DNA from: Candidatus Parcubacteria bacterium | GTDB taxonomy: Bacteria > Patescibacteriota > Saccharimonadia > UBA4664 > JBIOIQ01 | Reading direction: 5' to 3' | DNA length: 64,000 bases | Assembly (NCBI GenBank): GCA_963718875.1 | Contig: OY970378.1 | Location: 1,011,691-1,075,690 of the forward strand | Part shown: one piece after another, positions 9,327 through 19,163 of the stretch | Numbering within the stretch: position 1 is the first letter of the stretch | Layout: each line of letters opens with the position of its first letter | Made by a program: the position numbers and the translations under genes | The notes under the pieces: generated by a model | Told to the model about the DNA's origin: nothing | The model's database searches: none | What the model saw: only the letters and a program-made list of their open reading frames with translations

Positions 9327-9461
9327 AGCTTTATTCTACTACAGTATCTAATCTACTGCCTCTTTATGCAGCCTATGACGAAGTTAACAAAGTATCCCTA
9401 TTGGTCAATAGCAAACCGCCCGTGCTTGCACCGGTGCTATCAAAGCTGCTACAAACAATAC

Positions 9462-9611
9462 ATGAAGTGGCTGATTGTCTTAGCGGTGGTGAGTTTATAT
9501 TTTTTCGGTACGACGCGACTTGCCAATGTGGCTTTGGCGCAGTTTCGACAGGTGGAGAATATTTATACCAATGCCGTTAATCATCCTAATCAGTTGGTGG
9601 AAAATTTTTGA
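9462..9611 (+). CDS. small membrane/secreted protein
   Basis: MKWLIVLAVVSLYFFG hydrophobic start. Confidence 0.5.
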   Translation: MKWLIVLAVVSLYFFGTTRLANVALAQFRQVENIYTNAVNHPNQLVENF

Positions 9612-9616
9612 CTCTC

Positions 9617-10372
9617 TTAAGGTTTTAGATCCATGGCCTGGAAAATTTGGAGAGCATGCCTAAACGGATCTTTGCTGACTGGTATTTGGCCGGTAAAAGG
9701 AAAGTTTAAAGTGTAAATCAAAAACAGCACTCCAGCTACAACGATTGTTAACATGGCTGTGAGCAAATGTTGAGCCCTGAGGCTGCCCATGATTAAAAAG
9801 TAGGATGAGCCAATGGTAATAAGTCCACCGCCAATTAGTAACGGCCAAAAAACTATGGGCAAGCTGGCTTCGCCAGCCAGGTGACGCAGGTGCCTTTGTT
9901 CTTCGAGGGTGTGCAAACGATCTTGGGCAGCATCCGACGCATTGGCGTTTTTGTAAATGGTCCAGATAGGATTTATGGCATCAGCCTTGGTATGAGTCAT
10001 TACGGCGCCGTGGTTGGTCCACTCTTTATCCATGATGGTATGAGCGTAATCGTAAAACGCTTTTTGCGCGTCAGAGCGAATTGGCTCTGGAAAGTTTTCC
10101 GTATCGCGAAAAGCAACCACCAGTGAGGCAGCCTCGCTGGTTACTACTTGCTGGGAGGCAGAATAGCGTTCCCAAACGGCAAACACGACGAATGCTAAAA
10201 CAACAGCGTAAATTAAAGCAATTGCACTAAATATGTAGCCGACAATTGCTACCTCACGCTTAAGATGTTTTGTATCCAGCAAAAGTCTATGCGCCCACAG
10301 TCCAAACAGAGCAATGACTACAGATATTGCCAGGAAAGCAATTGCAGAAAGTATAATCGATAAATCTATCAC
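9617..10372 (-). CDS. DUF4239 family membrane protein
   Basis: IYAVVLAFVVFAVWERYS...EAASL, LPIVFW, LNFPFTG. Confidence 0.8.
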   Translation of the reverse strand: MIDLSIILSAIAFLAISVVIALFGLWAHRLLLDTKHLKREVAIVGYIFSAIALIYAVVLAFVVFAVWERYSASQQVVTSEAASLVVAFRDTENFPEPIRSDAQKAFYDYAHTIMDKEWTNHGAVMTHTKADAINPIWTIYKNANASDAAQDRLHTLEEQRHLRHLAGEASLPIVFWPLLIGGGLITIGSSYFLIMGSLRAQHLLTAMLTIVVAGVLFLIYTLNFPFTGQIPVSKDPFRHALQIFQAMDLKP

Positions 10373-10514
10373 AATAAATTTATTATAGGCGATTATGCCT
10401 AACGTGATAAGTAATTATTTTGCTTTAAGCAAGGTACTCTATATGAGCTACGGGCGAGGCAAAAGCACAGCTCGTTTGACTTATGAAGCAATGAATTCGA
10501 CCGATTCCTTCAAA

Positions 10515-11162
10515 CTATTTTAGATTATCGTAAAAAAGCTTTCTGTCGGCTGGGCTGACCTGCTCAAGGTAACCCACAAAAGTTTTGTAATCAAGCTCTT
10601 CAAACGTTTCTAGCTCTTCATCTTCGAGATAGACTTTATCTTGGCCAGGCGTATCGAGAACGATGATGCAGCCAATTTCTTCGTTTTTATAGCCAGGAAG
10701 CAATCTGTGTACGTAATCGGTATCTTTAATATATTTAAACTCCAAGGCCTTGATGCTCATGTCTTTATATTCGTACTGGCTAATTAAGCTTATTACGTCG
10801 GGTTTTTGTAGTACTTTAATTTTACCTTCGTATTCTTCCGCAGAAGTCATGTGACACAAAAGCTTTGCTTCGGCTGGATCAACAGGAATAAACTCCTGGG
10901 CTTCGCCTTTCCTATTTACCGTGTCTGATTTGAGGCGAATTGGCCTGGAGCATTGGTAGCCACCCAATCCAGAGACGTAATACGAAGATGCTGTTTTGTA
11001 CTTAAGAGTGCCGCTGTGCTTTAGGGTGGGGTTGGTACACTCCATAGGTGAGGGGGCGCAAAAGTAATTTTTTTTGTCTGCATATCTATACACCGCATAG
11101 GCAATGGCAGACAGCCAAACAACGGATGCCAGCACTATAAACAATAGTTTTTTGCTTTTCAT
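10515..11162 (-). CDS. hypothetical membrane-anchored protein
   Basis: GGGGAG SD before MKSKK, N-terminal TM, paired Cys. Confidence 0.65.
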   Translation of the reverse strand: MKSKKLLFIVLASVVWLSAIAYAVYRYADKKNYFCAPSPMECTNPTLKHSGTLKYKTASSYYVSGLGGYQCSRPIRLKSDTVNRKGEAQEFIPVDPAEAKLLCHMTSAEEYEGKIKVLQKPDVISLISQYEYKDMSIKALEFKYIKDTDYVHRLLPGYKNEEIGCIIVLDTPGQDKVYLEDEELETFEELDYKTFVGYLEQVSPADRKLFYDNLK

Positions 11163-11349
11163 AAACTCCCCCATTACCTTCCAAGGCTCGTAATTAGTGA
11201 ATAGATGGAGGCCAGAAGTGCAAATACCCACACCCCCCAACGGTAACTAGTATCGGGATTATGGCGCAATCGATGAATTTGCTTTTCCGCCCAATCGAGG
11301 GCAACAAACACGACCGCAAAGACCACCACCGACCATATAACGGCGCTGA

Positions 11350-11808
11350 TCATACAGTTGGACCCGCGTTTGGAGCGTCGTTTATGCCTAATTTTGCCTT
11401 GATCCGGTCCAAAACATTTCGTGGCGTCACTTCGGCTTTTACAATATATTCCGCACCTAGCGATTCGGCTTTTTTGCGCATTTTTGGATCGCTAGAGTTG
11501 GTAAGAATGAGTGCGGGAGAGGTTTTAAAATCGTAGCCATTTTGGACTAAGCTAGACAACACGTCCAAGCCCGAAATTTCCGGCATGCTTATATCTAGCA
11601 TCATAAGGTCGGGATGAATTTCGGTAATAGTCTGGAGTGCGTCCCGACCATTGGTTTTTATAACCACTTCAAAACCAGAGTTGGTCAACTTGGTTTGGTA
11701 CATACGAGAAATAAAAGGGTCGTCTTCGGCAATGAGGATGGTTTTGCCATTGTTTGGCAAAACAGTGTTTGCTGGTATTACGTCTTCTGGATCTGTGATG
11801 CGTGCCAT
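11350..11808 (-). CDS. response regulator (receiver domain)
   Basis: ILIAEDD, PDLMMLDISMPEISG, ILTN, YIVK. Confidence 0.9.
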   Translation of the reverse strand: MARITDPEDVIPANTVLPNNGKTILIAEDDPFISRMYQTKLTNSGFEVVIKTNGRDALQTITEIHPDLMMLDISMPEISGLDVLSSLVQNGYDFKTSPALILTNSSDPKMRKKAESLGAEYIVKAEVTPRNVLDRIKAKLGINDAPNAGPTV

Positions 11809-11841
11809 GTAATACAGTTTAATGCCAAAAGACAAAAGTTC

Positions 11842-12915
11842 CTAGGCGGGCTTTTTTAGATCCTTCCGAGAGTCGTGTTTTACCTTTGAGCGCTTGGCAA
11901 TCCCGAGTGGAATGGAAAAACCAAAGGTGCTACCAACGTTTTCTTGAGATTCAAAAATAACCGATCCACCTTGATCTTCGACAACTCTTTTGGCCAAATA
12001 AAGCCCTAAACCGGTCCCATCGGGTCTAGTTTTTTGGGCGTTTGTGGCCCGATAAAACTTGGTAAACAGTTTTTGCTTAGCGGCTTCTGGTACGCCAATG
12101 CCAGTATCACTCACCTTTACAATGGCATGGGTGTCATCACACTCAAGTGATACCACCACACTACCTTCCTTGGTGTAATAGATGGCATTATCAATAAAAT
12201 TCATAATAACTTGCCTGGTTTTGCCTTCATCTAGCCCTATGCGCGGGAGCTTGCGCTTTGGCAAGAGAAGTCTTAAATCCAAATGTTTGGCCATAGCATG
12301 GCTGCGCAGTTGACGCACCTCGTCGGCCAAAACCAAGCCAAGGTCAGTTGGTTTTTTTTCGATAATGAATCTGCCTGCACTTAGTCGCGAGACATTCAGA
12401 AGATCAGATATCAATGCCACCATTCTCTCTGCACCGGCATAGGCGTAACCTAAAAATTCTCGCTCTTGGTGATTTATGTGACCGGCGTCACCCTCTAAAA
12501 TCATACTAATATACCCAGTAATCGTGGTCAGGGGAGTCCTCAATTGATGCGATGTCATAGAAATAAACTCATCTTTGGCATTATCAAGCGCCCTTAAGTT
12601 GCGCTTGGCTAGTCTAAGGCGAGCTTGGGCATGTTTTAGCTGATGTTTTAGCTTTTGGTTTTCCTGGATGATAGCAGAGTGGGTATCTAATAGAGAAGAT
12701 TCTTGGGGAGTCACGACACGAGCCACCAAATTAAAACTACTACCCCGACCAAGGCTATCAATAATATAAGCATTTAACTTAATATAACCTATTGTAGTCA
12801 AATGCGTCACTTTTAAATCTTTTGGGGCCCCTTTGTCTATCGTTTCGCCATTGACGGAGCTGTCCATTTTGTAATCAACAAAATTATATTCCGCAGTTTG
12901 TAGCGCAGCTACCAC
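11842..12915 (-). CDS. sensor histidine kinase
   Basis: SHQLRTPLT H-box, NFIDNAIYY, DTGIG, GTGLGL; start may be 12867. Confidence 0.92.
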   Translation of the reverse strand: MVAALQTAEYNFVDYKMDSSVNGETIDKGAPKDLKVTHLTTIGYIKLNAYIIDSLGRGSSFNLVARVVTPQESSLLDTHSAIIQENQKLKHQLKHAQARLRLAKRNLRALDNAKDEFISMTSHQLRTPLTTITGYISMILEGDAGHINHQEREFLGYAYAGAERMVALISDLLNVSRLSAGRFIIEKKPTDLGLVLADEVRQLRSHAMAKHLDLRLLLPKRKLPRIGLDEGKTRQVIMNFIDNAIYYTKEGSVVVSLECDDTHAIVKVSDTGIGVPEAAKQKLFTKFYRATNAQKTRPDGTGLGLYLAKRVVEDQGGSVIFESQENVGSTFGFSIPLGIAKRSKVKHDSRKDLKKPA

Positions 12916-12982
12916 TAATTTATTAGCTTAAGGTATATGTTATGACTTTTAGCAGCCACCGGTTAGATATACCCCAAGTGTT

Positions 12983-14305
12983 ATGATTAAGGTAATGAAA
13001 CCCAAAAGACCAAACTTGAACTTAAAAGCTTTGGCTAAGCAAACGATTGACCGAAAGCTGCGTCGATCGGTTACGCGTTTACTTCAGAATCATCACCCTA
13101 CAATTGTTGCGGTTACCGGCAGCGTAGGCAAAACCAGTGCCAAAAACGCTATCAGCCATGTCTTGTCCGATAGCCATCGAGTTAATAGCGACTTGGGCAG
13201 CTATAATACCGAGATTGGCTTGCCTTTGAGCTTTTTTGGGCTCAAAGCACCAACACGACTAACAAACCCGCTGGAGTGGAAAAAAGTTTTTAAAAAGATT
13301 AATCAAACCATCGACAGCGGATACCCTTACGACATGAGCGTCCTTGAAATGGGAGCAGATCGCCCCGGAGAGATAGGTTATTTCTTGGGTTTTATCAAGC
13401 CAAGCATTGCCGTTATTACTGGTATTGCAGCAGTCCACACACAAGGGTTTGGTACAGTTGAAGCCATTTTAGCGGAAAAATGGCTCTTGGCCGAGCAATC
13501 TGATCGGGTAGTATATAATGCTGATTTCGAGCTTTTGCGGCAACGCGCTAAAAGCCTTGCTAGCTCAAAACTGATTCGCTCTTACGGCTTGGACCATGGA
13601 GAGGTTACTTTTGCCGATTTGAGGCGAAACGCCGAGGGTTATTTTGAGGGACAACTTAAACTTGGCTCCACGAACACATTCATAGCAACGCAAATGGTTG
13701 CCCGCACCGGGCTGTATAGTTTACTTGCCGCCGCCTGTGTAGCCGATATGCTGGAAGTGACTCTAGGCGATATCATAAAAAGCCTGGGTGAAATTGCACC
13801 TACAAAGGGGCGGATGAGGTTGTTAAAAGGAGTTAATCAAAGCCAAATTTTGGATGACAGTTATAATTCTAGCCCAATTAGCGCATTGTCAGCGCTCCAA
13901 ACTCTAGCTGATTTTCCGGCAGGTCAGCGCATCGCAATCTTAGGAAGCATGAACGAGCTGGGGGATCATGCGACACAAGGTCATGTAGAAGTTGGTACAA
14001 AAGCCGGACAAGTAGTAGACTTATTAATTACTATTGGAGATGAGGCCAAAACCCATTTGGCGCCGGCGGCAATTGCAGCTGGTCTTTCGATCGACAAAGT
14101 AAAGTGCTTTGAGGGCCCCAGGGATGCGGGAATTTATGTGAGGCCGCTGATCAAGAAAGACGACGCCGTACTAGTAAAGGGGTCGCAGAACAGGGTGTTT
14201 ACCGAAGAGGCTATTAAAGTAATATTGGCATCGGATCTCGATCCAGCAGAGCAGCTAGTGCGCCAGTCGGTCGACTGGTTGCGAGTTAAGAAAGATTATC
14301 TATGA
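12983..14305 (+). CDS. murF: UDP-N-acetylmuramoyl-tripeptide--D-Ala-D-Ala ligase
   Basis: VTGSVGKTS, YNTEIGLP, LEMGAD, DDSYNSSP, VKGSQ. Confidence 0.93.
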   Translation: MIKVMKPKRPNLNLKALAKQTIDRKLRRSVTRLLQNHHPTIVAVTGSVGKTSAKNAISHVLSDSHRVNSDLGSYNTEIGLPLSFFGLKAPTRLTNPLEWKKVFKKINQTIDSGYPYDMSVLEMGADRPGEIGYFLGFIKPSIAVITGIAAVHTQGFGTVEAILAEKWLLAEQSDRVVYNADFELLRQRAKSLASSKLIRSYGLDHGEVTFADLRRNAEGYFEGQLKLGSTNTFIATQMVARTGLYSLLAAACVADMLEVTLGDIIKSLGEIAPTKGRMRLLKGVNQSQILDDSYNSSPISALSALQTLADFPAGQRIAILGSMNELGDHATQGHVEVGTKAGQVVDLLITIGDEAKTHLAPAAIAAGLSIDKVKCFEGPRDAGIYVRPLIKKDDAVLVKGSQNRVFTEEAIKVILASDLDPAEQLVRQSVDWLRVKKDYL

Positions 14306-15438
14306 TTTCGTGGCGACAACGTTTTAGCGAACCTTATGAAACCCTTAACCGAATTGAGGTATCTAAGGAGCGCTTGCTCCATAATTATGATTTGGTCGTG
14401 AGTCAGCACCCAAACATGGCTATTATGCCGGTTCTTAAAGGTAATGCCTACGGACATGGGTTGCTTCAGGTAGCCGAAATTTTACAAAAACGCCAGCCAC
14501 CTTATATCGTGGTCGATGGCTACTTTGAAGCCTTAAAGCTGAGGCGGTTAACCAGGCGGCCCATTTTGATAATGGGGTACATCAACCCCAGCAACTACGC
14601 TGTACTTAAAACCGAAGGTCTGGCCTTTGTAGTGCACGACCAGCCAACGCTTGAAGCACTAGCAAAACTCCGCCGGTCAATAACAGTTCATTTAGAAATT
14701 AATACAGGTATGAACCGCCAAGGTATCCAACCAGCAGAACTAGTGAGTTATTTGGCTCTGTTCAAAAGCCACCCTAGCTTGAAGTTGGAAGGAATCATGT
14801 CGCACTTAGCAGACGCCGATGGCGAAACTACAAGCTATACCCGTGAACAGGTGGAGCTATTCGATCAATGCGTACAGGCTGTGTTAGCGGCCGGGTTTAA
14901 GCCAAAACTAATCCATTTGGCACAAACCGCCGGTAGCGTGCGGGCCGTATCCGCCTATGCCAACGCCATGCGCTTAGGCATAGGTCTGTATGGAATTAAC
15001 CCTTTTGGTACTGGAACACCTTCACACCAGAGGCTAGCGGGCTTAAGTCCGGCTTTAACTTTTAAGAGTACCATTATTAAGGTAATTGAGGTTAAAAAGG
15101 GTGAGAAAATTAGTTACAATGGTATTTTTACGGCCAAAACTGCAACTCGCATTGGGGTTTTACCGTTAGGTTATTACGAAGGCGTTCCTAGAAGTTTAAG
15201 TAATAACGGTGTAGTAAAACATGGTCAGGAATATTTTCCAATCGCCGGGCGGGTTTGCATGAACCACATTATGATCGACCTAGGAACATCCAAAGCCGGG
15301 TATATGGACCAAGTCGAAGTGATAAGTAATAAGCCAGCCGATCAAAATAGCGTGGCTAGATTAGAGAGCGAGCAGGGGTTGTTTTCTTATGAGCTTTTAA
15401 CGGGATTGTCCGAATCGGTCAGGAGGGTGGTTGTTTAG
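14302..15438 (+). CDS. alr: alanine racemase
   Basis: VLKGNAYGHG PLP lysine, NTGMNRQG, GRVCMN. Confidence 0.95.
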   Translation: MISWRQRFSEPYETLNRIEVSKERLLHNYDLVVSQHPNMAIMPVLKGNAYGHGLLQVAEILQKRQPPYIVVDGYFEALKLRRLTRRPILIMGYINPSNYAVLKTEGLAFVVHDQPTLEALAKLRRSITVHLEINTGMNRQGIQPAELVSYLALFKSHPSLKLEGIMSHLADADGETTSYTREQVELFDQCVQAVLAAGFKPKLIHLAQTAGSVRAVSAYANAMRLGIGLYGINPFGTGTPSHQRLAGLSPALTFKSTIIKVIEVKKGEKISYNGIFTAKTATRIGVLPLGYYEGVPRSLSNNGVVKHGQEYFPIAGRVCMNHIMIDLGTSKAGYMDQVEVISNKPADQNSVARLESEQGLFSYELLTGLSESVRRVVV

Positions 15439-15511
15439 TCTAAGTTAAGGAATGGTGGGATTACTCTCGGCTTGCGACAACCTGAAGCGAAAATAATTCA
15501 TGATTCCTTAT

Positions 15512-16321
15512 TCATAATTCGCGAGGATTTGCTTTTGTTGCTGCGAGCAGCAAATTATCAAACAAAGCTGCTACAGTCAGCGGGCCAACCCCACCGGGAT
15601 TAGGAGTTATTTTGAGGGTTTCGTCATCGTAGAGAGCATGGTCCACATCGCCGACTAAATTTCCGCCCATTTCGGTAGTTCCGGCATCCACAATAACGCT
15701 TCCGGGGCGGACCATGTCGGCTTTAATAAGACTTGGGACGCCAGCGGCAGTTACAATAATGTCAGCTTTAAGGGTCTCCTCTTTAAGATTTACTGTAGTC
15801 TTATCACAGCGGATCACTTGAGCCTGTGAGTTCTCCAACATATCTGCCAGTGGCTTGCCAACAACTCTTCCCTGCCCCACGACAGTTACGGTTTTGTCTT
15901 GCCACTCAACGCCGTAGGAGCTGAGCAGCCAAAGGATGGCTTTGGGTGTAGCCGGATCAAATTGACTTTTGGGGTGTAGGCCGTCAATGTCCTTAAATGG
16001 ATCAACAGACGACAAACCACGATCCAGATCCAAGCCGGCAAAAGGCAGTTGTACTATTATTCCATTAACGTCGGCGCGCTGATTCAGCTTGTGAATGAAG
16101 TTTTCTACTTCTTTCGTATCTCCAGCCGTCTCATGCACCTCTACCACCGCCCCAATATCCTGGCTGTAACGCGTTTTAGTGCTTTTGACATACATGCGCG
16201 TGGCCGCATTAGCTTCTGCACTCATCACTATGGCTAGTTTTGGTGTAAACCCTAGAGCTTTGATTTGCTCGGCGTGACGACGCTTCAGGTAATCGGCCAA
16301 GTCTCGTCCGTGAAGCAACAT
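15512..16321 (-). CDS. folD: methylenetetrahydrofolate dehydrogenase/cyclohydrolase
   Basis: GIIVQLP, KDIDGL, PATP, VVGKP, TPNPGGVGPLT. Confidence 0.95.
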   Translation of the reverse strand: MLLHGRDLADYLKRRHAEQIKALGFTPKLAIVMSAEANAATRMYVKSTKTRYSQDIGAVVEVHETAGDTKEVENFIHKLNQRADVNGIIVQLPFAGLDLDRGLSSVDPFKDIDGLHPKSQFDPATPKAILWLLSSYGVEWQDKTVTVVGQGRVVGKPLADMLENSQAQVIRCDKTTVNLKEETLKADIIVTAAGVPSLIKADMVRPGSVIVDAGTTEMGGNLVGDVDHALYDDETLKITPNPGGVGPLTVAALFDNLLLAATKANPREL

Positions 16322-16341
16322 TAGCTAACCTCCTGTTTATG

Positions 16342-16397
16342 AAAGTCCGACTTTAATCTTTGTTGATTGCTGCAATCCGGATTTAAAGTCGGACTTT
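16342..16397. repeat. REPIN-like doublet, AAGTCnGACTT family (copy 1)
   Basis: AAAGTCCGACTTTAA...TTAAAGTCGGACTTT; copies at 20177, 21217, 41359. Confidence 0.8.
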
Positions 16398-16467
16398 TGA
16401 TCTCCATACTTCGTCGCCTTAAAGATACTTCATTCTTTGTGGTTAGTAATGCTTGATTCATAATTCG

Positions 16468-17109
16468 TTATTCATTATTCGCAGATTCTAAAAGCGGCCT
16501 TACTAAGTTACTAACATCAATATTGTGAGGCCAATCGGCAGCAGTCTTCTTATTATAGGCTTTGAAGTTCTTTTTATCGAGGAAGTGCGCTTTGGTGGGA
16601 TCGGGTAAGTAATCAATAAAAAGACGGCCATCTAGGTGGTCAACTTCGTGCTGCAGCAAGATGGCCGGCCAACCCTTGGCCTCTAAGGTGAGCTTGGTAC
16701 CAAATCGGTCTAGAGCTGTAACTGTAACGGCGCTGGCTCGATCTATTAGCCCCCATACACTAGGCAAATTTACACAGCCCTCACGGTTTGTAGCTTTGGA
16801 TTTGGAGCGCTTTATAATTTCTGGGTTTATTAACACGTGTATATCGCTGTATTTTTTGCTGCCAACGCCCATATCTACGATACTGATGCGCCGCATAATA
16901 CCAACCTGAGGAGCCGAAAGACCCACTGTCATCGGAAGATTGTGAGCATGGTTTCGACCCTTATTGTTATGTCCGCATACAAACCTAATTAACTGTTCGA
17001 TAGTGTTTTGCATAGCGGCCGTACGCAACTCTCGTCGCCCAATCGACTGAGAGATTTGACGTAGAGTCGGGTTATCTGGTTTTAATGCGTGCAGCTGTGG
17101 GTTGGTCAT
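16468..17109 (-). CDS. def: peptide deformylase
   Basis: VGLSAPQVG, EGCVNL, QHEVDHLDG. Confidence 0.93.
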   Translation of the reverse strand: MTNPQLHALKPDNPTLRQISQSIGRRELRTAAMQNTIEQLIRFVCGHNNKGRNHAHNLPMTVGLSAPQVGIMRRISIVDMGVGSKKYSDIHVLINPEIIKRSKSKATNREGCVNLPSVWGLIDRASAVTVTALDRFGTKLTLEAKGWPAILLQHEVDHLDGRLFIDYLPDPTKAHFLDKKNFKAYNKKTAADWPHNIDVSNLVRPLLESANNE

Positions 17110-17232
17110 TATATGTATGGTATCAGAAAAGCCGCTTAAAAAGATGGTTGTCATGGAATGATTGGATGTCCTTGTATAAAGACCATAACCGTGTTATAAT
17201 TTTAATTACAACTTTCAACAGGGGGTTCGAGT

Positions 17233-17334
17233 GTGCGGTGGGTAATCTGCATACCCGTCTATGTAGTGATCGTTTTATTGATCGCGGGGTTCACGGGCAT
17301 GAACAATCAGAGGCATCGCGACAAAGACTTTTAG
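17233..17334 (+). CDS. 33-aa small membrane protein (not in ORF track)
   Basis: AGGGGG SD, GTG start, MRWVICIPVYVVIVLLIAGFTGMNNQRHRDKDF, terminator follows. Confidence 0.5.
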   Translation: MRWVICIPVYVVIVLLIAGFTGMNNQRHRDKDF

Positions 17335-17361
17335 CCCAACCTGGTCGCTAGCGGCGATCAT

Positions 17362-17402
17362 GGGGACTCTCCGGTTTATCCGGGGAGTCCCACTTTCTTT
17401 TA
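17362..17402 (+). terminator. intrinsic terminator
   Basis: GGGACTCTCCGG-TTTAT-CCGGGGAGTCCC plus T-tract. Confidence 0.7.
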
Positions 17403-17404
17403 AG

Positions 17405-18226
17405 CTATCTGGCACCCACCAGGTTGCTACTTTCATAACGGCGGATTGAGCGGCGGAAAAGCCACAGAGTTACAGCCAGCCAAAATAGCGCAACCGGAAT
17501 ACCCAAAAGCACAGTCCGCCAATCAAATCGATGCAATACATCCAGTTGGACCGCGCCTATAAAAAGACCGGGGACAATCGTTAGCAAAAATACCCGTAGG
17601 ACTCCGGTCAGAATTCCCGTGGGGTATAGACCACTGTCCAGAATGGATGTACCAACCATTCTGCTAATTTGTTCGCTGTCAAAAACGTAAAAGGCTATTA
17701 TTCCAGGCAGTAAGACTACAAAACACCAAAAAATTATTAAGCCTATCAAGAGCGATCCGGTAAACACAATTAGCTTTGTAACGCTTATTCCAGACACCAA
17801 CATGTACCATGTAACCAACCCGAGCCCCAGCAATAGATCGCCAAACGTGGTTGAGTCTACGTTACTGCTAGCCAGCTGTAGCAAAAGTGGCGTTGGTTTT
17901 GTAAGCATATTATCGAGCGATCCCCGATCAACATGCTTAGGTAAGTCCAGGATTCCAACGCTTAATATCATGACGATGCCGAATATCACCATATTCATAC
18001 CTTCAAAGCCAATTAACTCTTGCGCACGCCAGCCATTGATTGATCCAAAACGCTGGAATAAAAACAACCAAGCAATGGTTATGGCAGCATTGTTCAATAT
18101 CATAGCCCCTATTTGTAATGCAAATGCGCCTCGCAAGGCCATGGCTCCTTTAATTTGCAAGCAAAGGCTATGCCAATACACGCCTAGGTCCTTGCGAAGG
18201 TCACGCAAACTATATTTATCCACCAT
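17405..18226 (-). CDS. ABC-2 family transporter permease
   Basis: GSINGW, GSLDNMLTKP, multiple TM helices. Confidence 0.9.
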   Translation of the reverse strand: MVDKYSLRDLRKDLGVYWHSLCLQIKGAMALRGAFALQIGAMILNNAAITIAWLFLFQRFGSINGWRAQELIGFEGMNMVIFGIVMILSVGILDLPKHVDRGSLDNMLTKPTPLLLQLASSNVDSTTFGDLLLGLGLVTWYMLVSGISVTKLIVFTGSLLIGLIIFWCFVVLLPGIIAFYVFDSEQISRMVGTSILDSGLYPTGILTGVLRVFLLTIVPGLFIGAVQLDVLHRFDWRTVLLGIPVALFWLAVTLWLFRRSIRRYESSNLVGAR

Positions 18227-19013
18227 TCACCTCAATGCGTAATAAAGCTCGTTTCCAAATGACGTTACAAATGTAGACAAGTACACCTGTCCATACGATG
18301 GCTGACAAGACATAGCCTGGCAACACGCTGGCAATTTGAGGATTAAACAGCTGTGTCGGAGCCGAGTAAACCCCTAAAGGAGAAAACCGCACAAATGTTT
18401 GGACCCCTTGAGGGAGCAAGGCAATGGGCACAAACCCCCCGCCGAATACAAGGATAGCCTTATCGAACAATCTAAAAACCGATTTAGCATCATTGAGCCA
18501 AAAGGCCGCTAGGCCAATAGATAGGAAGAGACTGCTTGCACTTATAATAGCAAGCGTAGTAAGAACGAAAAACATTAGCAGAAAAGGCATGGTCCAGAAT
18601 GATATATCTGGCTTGTTAATGAGCAGGAGTAAAAATATGGGTGATATGAATAGTTGCACCAAAAATACGGTTCCGTTCTTGCCTAACAGCTGACATAACT
18701 TTGCAAGTCTCCAGTCTACTGGCTTGATTAACTGAACCTCAATTTCACCCGTTTGAACATCCCGCTCTACCAGGGTGAACAAATGTCGTAAGCCTAAGTT
18801 TGATATAAAAGCAAAGTATACTGCCAGGCTCCATACGGCGTTTTGATAAGGCAGCGATGGTTTGTTGAATTGATAAGCAGCAGCGTAGATAGCGGACAAC
18901 AAAAAAACCCGAAAAAACGTTACAGCTACCGCTCCAACTCTTCTTTGCCAAGTATCCTCTCTTGCCGATGCAACGACAATTCGCCAGTACGGTCGCCAGT
19001 TCATTTTACTCAT
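18216..19013 (-). CDS. ABC-2 family transporter permease
   Basis: DVQTGEIEVQLIKP, GGGFVPIALLP. Confidence 0.88.
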   Translation of the reverse strand: MSKMNWRPYWRIVVASAREDTWQRRVGAVAVTFFRVFLLSAIYAAAYQFNKPSLPYQNAVWSLAVYFAFISNLGLRHLFTLVERDVQTGEIEVQLIKPVDWRLAKLCQLLGKNGTVFLVQLFISPIFLLLLINKPDISFWTMPFLLMFFVLTTLAIISASSLFLSIGLAAFWLNDAKSVFRLFDKAILVFGGGFVPIALLPQGVQTFVRFSPLGVYSAPTQLFNPQIASVLPGYVLSAIVWTGVLVYICNVIWKRALLRIEVNGG

Positions 19014-19033
19014 CGTAGGATCTGTTCCAACTT

Positions 19034-19159
19034 TTATAAAGACTTGGCTGGGATGGAGTACAAGGAGAGCTTGAAGACCGTAAGTAAGCCGTAGTAGTAC
19101 CTACGGCGAACGCGGACTGGAAAGATCGACACCGTAATACGCACAGCCAAGCCTTTATA
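19034..19159. repeat. MITE/REP-like element inside the ABC operon
   Basis: terminal inverted repeats TATAAAGACTTGGCTG / CAGCCAAGCCTTTATA; internal CCGTAG..CTACGG hairpin. Confidence 0.65.
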
Positions 19160-19163
19160 GATC

